In this document: positions 27,534 through 35,582 of the stretch, in pieces
Layout of the letters: each line of letters starts with the position of its first letter
How positions within the stretch are numbered: position 1 is the stretch's first letter
DNA from: a bacterium
GTDB taxonomy: Bacteria; Patescibacteriota; Saccharimonadia; Saccharimonadales; UBA4665
Assembly (NCBI GenBank): GCA_021781915.1
Contig: JAJXVX010000001.1
Coordinates: 1-50,331 of the forward strand
Direction of reading: 5' to 3'
DNA length: 50,331 bases
The notes under the pieces: model-generated
The model's database searches: none
What the model was told of the DNA's origin: nothing
Seen by the model: only the letters and a program-made list of their open reading frames with translations
Program-made: the position numbers and the translations under genes

Positions 27534-28721
27534 TTATTCGCCGTGTTCTTCGATGGCTTCGAGTAATTCGTTTTCAAGGTCTGTTTTTTTCTTTAGCTTA
27601 CCCGATTTAACTGTTTCAACTTTCATATTAGTGGCTTCTACGGGCTGATTGATTTCAACCTCAGCTACCTTCTCGGGTTGACTAACAGATGCCTTAATAT
27701 CTATTTCAAAGCCAGTTAATTTTGAGGCCAAACGAACATTTTGACCACTCTTACCTATAGCTATACTCTGTTGATCCTCATCTACTAAAACAATTGCTCT
27801 AGCTGGTTCACCTTCGAAAATAACATCGTTAACCCGGGTAGGACTAAGTGCATTAGTGATAAACTTCTTTGGATCTTCATCAAAAATAATAATATCAACT
27901 TTTTCTTGATCACCAATTTCTGACATAACTGCATTAACGCGAGTACCGTGACCACCTACGAAAGTACCTACCGGATCAACTCCCTTAATAGCTGAAGAAA
28001 CAGCCAGCTTAGTCCTGACTCCGGCCTCACGAGCGATTGCTTCTATCTTTACTGCGCCGCTTTCCATCTCTGGAACTTCGTTTCTGAACAAAAGCTCAAC
28101 AAACTCAGCACAACCCCTGGACAGCAGTAGTTGCGGACCGCGAAAACCCTTTTCAACATCCTTTAAATAAACTTTAAGCCGTTGACCAGGGTAATAATGC
28201 TCATTTGGAATTTGTTCGGCTTTGGGCATAATGCCTTGAATTCGACCTAAATCAACTCTAACTAAATTATTTTCCACACGAGCAACATTAGCATTAATGA
28301 TAGTGCCAATTTTATCTTCAAATTCTTCTAAGATGATATCTCTCTCAGTCTCGCGAAGCTTTTGAACCATTACTTGTTTCGCCGTTTGCGCGGCTACCCG
28401 ACCAAAAGTTTCAACTTTTTCATGAACTTCGATTTCATCACCAATCTTTACGTCTTTTTTCATGACTGAAGCGTCTTTGAGTGAAATCTCAAAAGTAGAG
28501 TGTTCAACCTTATCGACGACTGATTTAGTAGCATATATGTCCACATCACCGGTATTCAAATTAATATTGGCTCTGATTTCTTGTTCTCGATCACCAAAGT
28601 CTCTTTTGTAAGCGGCGATCAATGCCTGTTCAACAATTGATTTAACAACATCTTCCGGTAAATTCTTTTCTTCTGCGATTGTTCTAATAGCGAGAGCTAA
28701 CTGCTTAACATCTAAATCCAT
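27534..28721 (-). CDS. nusA: Transcription termination/antitermination factor NusA
   Basis: 395 aa with an N-terminal RNAP-binding domain, an S1 domain and two KH domains (...GRVAAQTAKQV..., ...AIGKSGQNVRLASKLTG...). SD AGGAG lies 6 nt upstream. Confidence 0.95.
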   Translation of the reverse strand: MDLDVKQLALAIRTIAEEKNLPEDVVKSIVEQALIAAYKRDFGDREQEIRANINLNTGDVDIYATKSVVDKVEHSTFEISLKDASVMKKDVKIGDEIEVHEKVETFGRVAAQTAKQVMVQKLRETERDIILEEFEDKIGTIINANVARVENNLVRVDLGRIQGIMPKAEQIPNEHYYPGQRLKVYLKDVEKGFRGPQLLLSRGCAEFVELLFRNEVPEMESGAVKIEAIAREAGVRTKLAVSSAIKGVDPVGTFVGGHGTRVNAVMSEIGDQEKVDIIIFDEDPKKFITNALSPTRVNDVIFEGEPARAIVLVDEDQQSIAIGKSGQNVRLASKLTGFEIDIKASVSQPEKVAEVEINQPVEATNMKVETVKSGKLKKKTDLENELLEAIEEHGE

Positions 28722-28742
28722 CTGTTACTCCTAACCTTAATT

Positions 28743-28766
28743 AAAAAAACCGACCTGTCGGCCGGG
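28743..28766 (-). terminator. Weak intrinsic-terminator-like element in the nusA leader (short GC hairpin plus U7)
   Basis: The minus-strand RNA reads CCCGGCCGACAGGUCGG followed by UUUUUUU (28749-28743). It lies between the predicted promoter and the nusA SD, with the stem CCGA/UCGG to CCGAC/GUCGG. Folded by eye. Confidence 0.4.
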
Positions 28767-28779
28767 ATTCACTCAGTTC

Positions 28780-28809
28780 ATTTTAACTTAAAACAGATCT
28801 TTAAGTCAA
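28780..28809 (-). promoter_or_regulatory. Candidate nusA promoter TTGACT-N18-TAAAAT
   Basis: On the minus strand, TTGACT is at 28809-28804 and TAAAAT at 28785-28780. Confidence 0.4.
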
Positions 28810-28854
28810 TTATTAAAATGGACGAGACTATTTTGATTTTGATAAACTATTAAA

Positions 28855-31443
28855 ATGCCTAAACTAAGACGCCTGTCCTCTTACTATAAACCGAACCGCT
28901 ATGATTTAAAATTAAACATCGACAAAACAGCCATGGCATTTAACGGTGAGGTCGTTGTAGATGGTTTTAAGATAGGCAAGCCTTCTAAAAGGATTACATT
29001 TCATCAAAAAGATCTAAAAATCTTATCAGCCGAAGTTACGCATATAGATAAAGGAGTTAAGACTGCCCTGGAAATTTTTCGGATAAATCATCAAAGAAGT
29101 TTTGATGAAGTTAGATTACATTTCAATAAATTAATCTATCCCGGTCATTACGTAGTAAAGCTAGCTTTTGAAGGTGGCATAACTAAACATCTAGACGGTA
29201 TTTATCCTTCCAGGTTTGACGATAATAATGGCAAAGAAAAAATTATCATAGCTACTCAATTTGAGAGCCATCATGCCCGACAGGCCTTCCCTTGTATCGA
29301 CGAACCTAATGCCAAGGCAATATTTAAACTGTCGCTGTCTTCAGATAAATCGGATGTAATTATATCCAACACTAAAGAGGAATCAACATTGATTAAAAAT
29401 AGCTTAAAAACAGTTGTTTTTAAAGAAACTCCCATGATGAGCACCTATCTACTTGCCTTTGCCTGTGGCGAAATAGATTATCAGGAAAGAATAACTGAAT
29501 CTGGTGTGACTATCAGGTCTTACGCGACGCCGGATAAAAAACATATGACGGCGTTCAGTCTAGATATAGCCGAAAAATCTTTGGCTTTTTTTGAAGATTA
29601 TTTTGGGGTTGAATATCCTTTAGACAAATTGGATTTACTTGCTCTACCTGATTTTAGTTCAGGAGCGATGGAGAATTGGGGTTTAATTACATTCAGAGAG
29701 ACAGCTCTTTTAATTAATGATGGATCCGACAACATTGACGTCAAACAACAAATTACACTGGTAATCTGTCACGAAATATCCCACCAATGGTTTGGTAATT
29801 TAGTAACAATGGAATGGTGGGATGATTTATGGCTCAACGAAAGTTTTGCTAACTTAATGGAATATCGAGCGACTGATAAAATTTTTCCTGATTGGCAAAT
29901 TTGGCAGCATTTCGTCTCCCATGAAGTTATTGGCGCTAAAAAACGTGATGGACTGCTTGATGTCCAGCCAATTCATGCTAAAGTTAGTCACCCAGACGAA
30001 ATATCAACTTTATTTGACCCTTCAATAGTCTATTCAAAAGGTGGTTCCGTTCTTTATATGTTAATAAACTATATCGGCGAAGAGTCATTTAGATTAAGTT
30101 TATCTAATTATTTTAAGAAATACGCCTATAAAAATACTAAGGCAGATGATTTATGGCAAGAAATGTCTAAAGTAACTAATCGTAATATCTCTGCTTTTAT
30201 GAATAATTGGTTGTACTCACCAGGGCTTCCACTATTAAATATCGACTACATGCCAGGTCGAAAAACTATTAAAGTATCACAACAAAGATTCTTGCTTGAT
30301 CCATCTCATCAGTCTGATTCAGACAATAATTTGTGGCAAATACCTTACTCAAGTAATCAAAAACTAAAAACTGAGTTATTGACCAAAAAAGCAACTCAAC
30401 TGTTATTGGTTAATCAACCGACCGATCCTTTAATTTTTAATCAAAATGGGCTTTCTTATATGTTGGTCAACTATCTTAATAAAGGTCACCTAGCAAACAT
30501 ATGTGCCAATGTAGACGAACTTACAACCATAGATAAGTTTCTTTTATTAGATAATTATTATTTACTGGAACGTTCGACCAAGATTAGCCTCATCGAAGCG
30601 CTAGATTTAATTTCTTACTTTAAAAGCGAATCGGATGATATTATTTGGTCGAGTATTTCATTACTACTATCTGAGGTAAAAAGATTATTAGAATCATCTT
30701 CGTCTGATAGAAAAAAAATAAATAGTCTCATATCCGACTTTGTTGATGAAAAACTAAAGATGATTCCGTTCAAGCAGTCACCAAATGAATCATCTAAACA
30801 AATCAGATACAGGTCAATCTTATTCTCACTAGGAGCCATGTCGAATAATGACTACATTATAGAAAAATTCAAAGAATTATTCAGAAACTTTTCTAAACCA
30901 ACTGATATTAATCCTAATATCAGAAATATTGCATACTACATCGCGGTAAAAGAACAGGTAAATTTTGATAAACTATTTAAAATTTATCAAAAACTTTCCG
31001 ACCATGAAGAAAAAGAAGAGATTATTTTTGCACTGGCTAGTACAAAAAAAAGTGATAATATAAGTCAACTTCTTGATTTAATCAAAGACAAGGACACTCG
31101 GTCTCAAGACATACTAACAATTTACGGGTCTATTTTTCGAAACTCATATGCCCGAGATCAAGCTTGGAAATGGTTTAAAGCAAATTTTGATTTTCTAAAA
31201 GAAACTTTTAAAACAGATAAGAGCTACGGATATTTTGTTAGAATTATTGCCAACTACTTTGATAAACCGACAGAACTAAAGGAATTCAAAAATTTCTTTG
31301 AACCAAAACTTGAAGACATTTCTTTAAAACGAGAAATTAGCCTCGGTATTATGGAAATTAATAATCGTAAAAACTGGCGAGATAAAAATGAAGACAGCGT
31401 GAAACAATGGCTTCACAAAACTAACGATTTGATAAAACTTTAA
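28855..31443 (+). CDS. pepN: M1-family aminopeptidase N
   Basis: 862 aa with the GAMEN exopeptidase motif (SGAMENWG) and HEISHQWFGNLVTMEWWDDLWLNESFA (HExxH-x18-E). An ERAP1-like C-terminal domain follows. Confidence 0.92.
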   Translation: MPKLRRLSSYYKPNRYDLKLNIDKTAMAFNGEVVVDGFKIGKPSKRITFHQKDLKILSAEVTHIDKGVKTALEIFRINHQRSFDEVRLHFNKLIYPGHYVVKLAFEGGITKHLDGIYPSRFDDNNGKEKIIIATQFESHHARQAFPCIDEPNAKAIFKLSLSSDKSDVIISNTKEESTLIKNSLKTVVFKETPMMSTYLLAFACGEIDYQERITESGVTIRSYATPDKKHMTAFSLDIAEKSLAFFEDYFGVEYPLDKLDLLALPDFSSGAMENWGLITFRETALLINDGSDNIDVKQQITLVICHEISHQWFGNLVTMEWWDDLWLNESFANLMEYRATDKIFPDWQIWQHFVSHEVIGAKKRDGLLDVQPIHAKVSHPDEISTLFDPSIVYSKGGSVLYMLINYIGEESFRLSLSNYFKKYAYKNTKADDLWQEMSKVTNRNISAFMNNWLYSPGLPLLNIDYMPGRKTIKVSQQRFLLDPSHQSDSDNNLWQIPYSSNQKLKTELLTKKATQLLLVNQPTDPLIFNQNGLSYMLVNYLNKGHLANICANVDELTTIDKFLLLDNYYLLERSTKISLIEALDLISYFKSESDDIIWSSISLLLSEVKRLLESSSSDRKKINSLISDFVDEKLKMIPFKQSPNESSKQIRYRSILFSLGAMSNNDYIIEKFKELFRNFSKPTDINPNIRNIAYYIAVKEQVNFDKLFKIYQKLSDHEEKEEIIFALASTKKSDNISQLLDLIKDKDTRSQDILTIYGSIFRNSYARDQAWKWFKANFDFLKETFKTDKSYGYFVRIIANYFDKPTELKEFKNFFEPKLEDISLKREISLGIMEINNRKNWRDKNEDSVKQWLHKTNDLIKL

Positions 31444-31999
31444 CCGGTTTATAACTAAGACGATGGATAGGTGTTGATCCATATTTCTTGAGCGCATCAA
31501 TATGTTTTTTAGTTCCATAACCAAAATTAGATTCAAAACCATATTCCGGGTAGGTACTAGACAATTTAATCATTAAATTATCTCGATATACCTTAGCTAT
31601 AATACTGGCGGCCATAACCGTCGGTACTTTAGCATCAGCCTTAATCAAAGTTTCGACATTATCCAGGTTTTGCAAGAAATTATAGTTGCCGTCAATTATA
31701 ATTTTATTATAGTCTTGACCTTTTAAATCCTGAACTGCGCTCTCCATAGCCAAGCTTATAGCTTTAGTTAGACCAATTTTATCAATAATTTTCGCCGATA
31801 TTTCAGAAACAGCAATCAAATTAGTTTTACTTCTAATTAGTGTGTCTAGCTGAGCTCTTTTTTTAAAACTGAGCACCTTAGAATCATTTAGACCGTTTAT
31901 TTCATCTTTTAAAATAACTGCCGCCACAACCAAAGGGCCGGCCCAAGACCCGCGACCTACTTCATCAAGTCCAATTAGTAAGCTGTTTGGTCCTCTCAT
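31421..31999 (-). CDS. rnhB: Ribonuclease HII
   Basis: 192 aa with GLDEVGRGSWAGPLVVAAV and ...DSKVLS.... Its 3-prime end overlaps the pepN 3-prime end by 23 nt (convergent). Confidence 0.92.
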   Translation of the reverse strand: MRGPNSLLIGLDEVGRGSWAGPLVVAAVILKDEINGLNDSKVLSFKKRAQLDTLIRSKTNLIAVSEISAKIIDKIGLTKAISLAMESAVQDLKGQDYNKIIIDGNYNFLQNLDNVETLIKADAKVPTVMAASIIAKVYRDNLMIKLSSTYPEYGFESNFGYGTKKHIDALKKYGSTPIHRLSYKPVKVLSNR

Positions 32000-32018
32000 T
32001 TGGACTAAATCAGATTTA

Positions 32019-32519
32019 CTAAGCCTTAGGTTCTGTTTTTGGAGATACTTTAGATTTGCTAGCTACTTTAGGAGTCGAAACTGATTTTTCGGTAATATCG
32101 GTTTCTGGAATGGTAGTTTCCTGAGGTTCTTTGGTTGAAACTGGTTTACTCTCTTCTTTAGGTTGCTCATAATTTACTGAACTAAGTCTGGCTGCTTTGC
32201 CGGTTCTTTGTCTCATATAAGATAAATAATTTCTTCGGACTTTTGAACGTCTTAGTATCTCGATTTTATCAACAAGCGGACTATTTACGAGAAAACTTTT
32301 TTCAACTCCAACACCAGAAGCTACTCTTCTAACGGTAATTCTGAATAAATAAGAAGATGTCTGATCGGTTCTAATGACCAGCCCCTGAAATGCCTGGATT
32401 CTTTCCTTATTACCTTCTTTAATTTTTTGGTGAACACGAACAGTATCACCACTTCTAATAGGTAAATGGTTTTTAGGATTTATATATTTTTTGGTAATTT
32501 CTTTTAATAATTCCGCCAT
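32019..32519 (-). CDS. rplS: 50S ribosomal protein L19 with a roughly 54-aa K/E/P/S/T-rich C-terminal extension
   Basis: MAELLKEITKKY...IRSGDTVRVHQKIKEGNKERIQAFQGLVI...GVGVEKSF...RRSKVRRNYLSYMRQRTGKAARL, then a low-complexity tail. I prefer the ATG at 32519 over the ORF-track TTG at 32525. Confidence 0.93.
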   Translation of the reverse strand: MAELLKEITKKYINPKNHLPIRSGDTVRVHQKIKEGNKERIQAFQGLVIRTDQTSSYLFRITVRRVASGVGVEKSFLVNSPLVDKIEILRRSKVRRNYLSYMRQRTGKAARLSSVNYEQPKEESKPVSTKEPQETTIPETDITEKSVSTPKVASKSKVSPKTEPKA

Positions 32520-32531
32520 AGTCAATTGATT

Positions 32532-32560
32532 ATTATATCCTATAAAACTCTTTAATGCAA
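32532..32560 (-). promoter_or_regulatory. Candidate rplS promoter TTGCAT-N17-TATAAT, with the -10 box 12 nt from the ATG
   Basis: On the minus strand, TTGCAT is at 32560-32555 and TATAAT at 32537-32532. The ATG is at 32519, with no SD in between. Confidence 0.45.
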
Positions 32561-32569
32561 AACTAAAAT

Positions 32570-34183
32570 TTAAAAATCTAGAACTCGAGCAATTTCAGAT
32601 ATGGTAGTCATTCCAGCCAATACTTTGGCCATCCCATCGCCGTACATATTGTTAAGACCACTCCGATCAGCTGCTTCATTAATAAGATCGGTCGAAATTA
32701 TTCTAGAATCATGGCTCTTAGAAATTACCTGTTTTATCTCTTCTGTCATTAAGTATTGTTCCCTGATAGCTATCTGCCCATTGTAACCGAAAGGATTTTG
32801 ATCGTTAACAATTGGCCTAAAGAGCATAGTCGAATCATTGATATCTGGTTTTAAAATGTTATTTGGCATCTTTTCAAGAAGTCTCATCAACATATCTCTT
32901 TCTGCCTGATCTGGTTGATAGCTCTCTTTATAAGTATCGTCTAGCTTTCGGACCAGTCTTTGGGCCATTATCAGGCGAATTGCAGAAGTGAACAAACTGT
33001 TTTCTTCAATCACTGAACCTAGCCTGGTTAAGGCGGCAGCTGCTGAGCCTGCGTGAAAAGTAGCCAATACAAGATGTCCGGTTAAAGCGGCCTGAAGTGC
33101 TGTCTTGGCAGTATCTTCATCTCTAATCTCACCAATCATAATGACATCCGGGTCAATTCGAAGGACTGCCTTTAAGCGATCGATGAAATTACTATCATTA
33201 TGCTCGCCTTTCGAATCAATCGACATCTGAGTAACGCCTTCAAACTGGTATTCGACAGGGTCCTCAACTGTAATAATTTTTCTCTGATCATTATTAAGCT
33301 GATTTAACATTGAATAAAGAGTCGTAGTTTTACCTGAGCCAGTCGGACCTACCACCATAACAAGACCGGTTGGCTTAGCTATAATGTCATTAACGACAGC
33401 TCTTTCGCTATCAGATAATCCCAATCTATCTAGGTTATACATCGATTGGTACATATTGAACAATCTCATAACAATATCCATACCGTTAACTGTTTGAACT
33501 GTCTCAACACGTAGATTAACATCAACGTTAGTATGATCGGCCATTTCCACTTTTTGAGATATATGACCCTGTTGAGGTTCGGTTGATGAAGTAGAAATAT
33601 TAGAAGCCGAAGCAACTGCTGAGACTAATATTCTATATTTTTCAAAAGATAGCTTGGCTACAATGTGAAGTACGCCATCAATTCTAAATCTTATTCTAAC
33701 GTCATTACGTTGTGTCTCGATATGAATGTCGGAAGAGTTGAGCTTATGAGCCTGAGAGACAAGGTACGCCAACATATCATCGGCGTTAACCTGATTTAAA
33801 ATATCAGAAATTTGACTAACAGTATCGGTTTGGTTCTCAGAAATATTTATATCTTGGTAAACGATTTGTTTGGGTGGATCAAATAACTTCATGTAATCTC
33901 TAAATCCACTGTCAGAAATTAATGCAAAGTTAACTCGTTGATCTAGAAAATGTTCTCTTATATATTTGAGACTGTTTTGAGATGTGACTGTAGTAATACC
34001 GAATAGGACATTGCTTTGATCGGCTACTAAAGGCACAATCTTAAACTGATACATTTCATCATTGGTTAAGACATTTTTGATTAAATTCTTGTCTTGAATA
34101 TTGGTATCATAATAATCTAGGCCCAATACTTGAGCCCGTCTAAGCGTAGATTGCTCTTCGTCTTGTCTGGCGTCTTGACTCAT
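32570..34183 (-). CDS. GspE/PilB-family secretion or type IV pilus assembly ATPase
   Basis: 537 aa with an N-terminal T2SSE_N-like domain, Walker A GPTGSGKTTT, Walker B DVIMIGEIRD and the His box GHLVLATFHA. The protein contains no cysteine, so the usual tetracysteine zinc site is absent. Confidence 0.85.
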   Translation of the reverse strand: MSQDARQDEEQSTLRRAQVLGLDYYDTNIQDKNLIKNVLTNDEMYQFKIVPLVADQSNVLFGITTVTSQNSLKYIREHFLDQRVNFALISDSGFRDYMKLFDPPKQIVYQDINISENQTDTVSQISDILNQVNADDMLAYLVSQAHKLNSSDIHIETQRNDVRIRFRIDGVLHIVAKLSFEKYRILVSAVASASNISTSSTEPQQGHISQKVEMADHTNVDVNLRVETVQTVNGMDIVMRLFNMYQSMYNLDRLGLSDSERAVVNDIIAKPTGLVMVVGPTGSGKTTTLYSMLNQLNNDQRKIITVEDPVEYQFEGVTQMSIDSKGEHNDSNFIDRLKAVLRIDPDVIMIGEIRDEDTAKTALQAALTGHLVLATFHAGSAAAALTRLGSVIEENSLFTSAIRLIMAQRLVRKLDDTYKESYQPDQAERDMLMRLLEKMPNNILKPDINDSTMLFRPIVNDQNPFGYNGQIAIREQYLMTEEIKQVISKSHDSRIISTDLINEAADRSGLNNMYGDGMAKVLAGMTTISEIARVLDF

Positions 34184-34247
34184 TTAAGAGATATTATATA
34201 ACGATTATGCTTGGATTTAAAACTGATTAAAAGATAGACTAGGAGAT

Positions 34248-34754
34248 ATGGCTAAATTAATAATAGTTGCGAACAACCTCAGGTCAATCCATAATGTTGG
34301 TTCCATCTTTAGAACCGCAGAGGGACTAGGCGTCGAAAAGCTCTACCTTACTGGCTATACTCCCTACCCAAGACTTGAAAATGACGATCGGTTGCCGCAT
34401 CAGATAAATAAACTAGATAAAGCAATCAGCAAAGTCTCTCTGGGCGCAGAGAAAAATCTTGATTTTGATTACCACGACGATATCTTTGAGTTAATTAAAA
34501 AATATAAACAAAAAAACTATCGCATCGTAGCACTAGAACAGGCTAAGAATAGTGTAAATATTCTTGACTATAAACCAATGGAAAAATCCATCCTGATTAT
34601 TGGTAATGAGGTTGACGGCATAGAACAATCGGTCCTCGAATCGTCTGAAGATATTTTAGAAATTCCCATGATGGGAAAAAAAGAGTCATTTAATGTTGTT
34701 CAGGCCATGGCAATAGCATCGTTTTATCTCATCAACCAACAACTTACAAAATGA
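34248..34754 (+). CDS. SpoU/TrmH-family RNA 2-prime-O-methyltransferase
   Basis: 168 aa with ...NNLRSIHNVGSIFRTAEGLG..., IIGNEVDGI and ...IPMMGKKESFNVVQAMAIA, which are SPOUT motifs 1-3. Confidence 0.8.
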   Translation: MAKLIIVANNLRSIHNVGSIFRTAEGLGVEKLYLTGYTPYPRLENDDRLPHQINKLDKAISKVSLGAEKNLDFDYHDDIFELIKKYKQKNYRIVALEQAKNSVNILDYKPMEKSILIIGNEVDGIEQSVLESSEDILEIPMMGKKESFNVVQAMAIASFYLINQQLTK

Positions 34755-34766
34755 TATAATCATAAT

Positions 34767-35582
34767 ATGACCCTGCAAAAACAAAAAAAACAGGTGATTT
34801 CAAAAGATAGTTTTCACTACAAACATTTCAAGAAAAAAAAGTCACACCACTATCTAAAACCGTACTACCCCTACTTACCTATGTTAGCCTTGATAATAGT
34901 TGGTTCTACTATTCTAATTAATATCAATAAACCAACTAATTTTTCAATCAGTTCTCTGATTAATTCAACTAATCAGGCTAGACTGAGCAATAATCTAAAC
35001 TCAGTCAATCTCAATAAAAATCTGTCCGTCCTCGCTCAAGACAGTGCTAGCAAGATTGCCGACAGGTCAACTACCAGCACAAGTGTCGGTACCGTTGCGG
35101 AAGGCTTTAATAACTCAAGTCAAATAATTAGCGCCTGGCTAAGTAATAACTCTTCAAGAGTTCAGTTGCTAAGTGGCAATTTACAGAATATTGGTTTTGG
35201 TATTGCTAAAACCTCTAACCAATCAACTAAGTACGTCGTTGTAGCAATGTATCAGTCAACTTCTGGAGAAGTCAGCCATATCACCTTTTATGTGCCACCT
35301 CGCCAAACTGGCAATAAGACCAATTCCAATACCACTCTATCGAATCAAAAATTAATATCACGAATTATACTAATAACTAACAATACCTTTTATCAAGAAC
35401 TACTGATCGTTGGAGTATTTATCTTGGCAACACTATTTTTCTTAAGACACCTCATCTTTTTTAAAAAAGTCTTGGTTCAGGGAGAAAAAATACTGCTAAA
35501 CAACATCTGGCTAGATATTGTGGTCATAGTTGCGATATTTATTGGAGTTTACTTTATTCAAACCGTCGGATTTATTAGCTAA
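34767..35582 (+). CDS. Membrane protein with a degenerate CAP/SCP (YkwD-like) extracytoplasmic domain
   Basis: 271 aa with an N-terminal TM, a central region resembling CAP domains and C-terminal TM helices. The central region reads ...LAQDSASKIA..., ...AEGFNNSSQIISAWLSNNSSRVQLLSGNLQNIGFGIA...YVVVAMY, but the usual His residues are replaced. Weak call. Confidence 0.4.
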   Translation: MTLQKQKKQVISKDSFHYKHFKKKKSHHYLKPYYPYLPMLALIIVGSTILININKPTNFSISSLINSTNQARLSNNLNSVNLNKNLSVLAQDSASKIADRSTTSTSVGTVAEGFNNSSQIISAWLSNNSSRVQLLSGNLQNIGFGIAKTSNQSTKYVVVAMYQSTSGEVSHITFYVPPRQTGNKTNSNTTLSNQKLISRIILITNNTFYQELLIVGVFILATLFFLRHLIFFKKVLVQGEKILLNNIWLDIVVIVAIFIGVYFIQTVGFIS

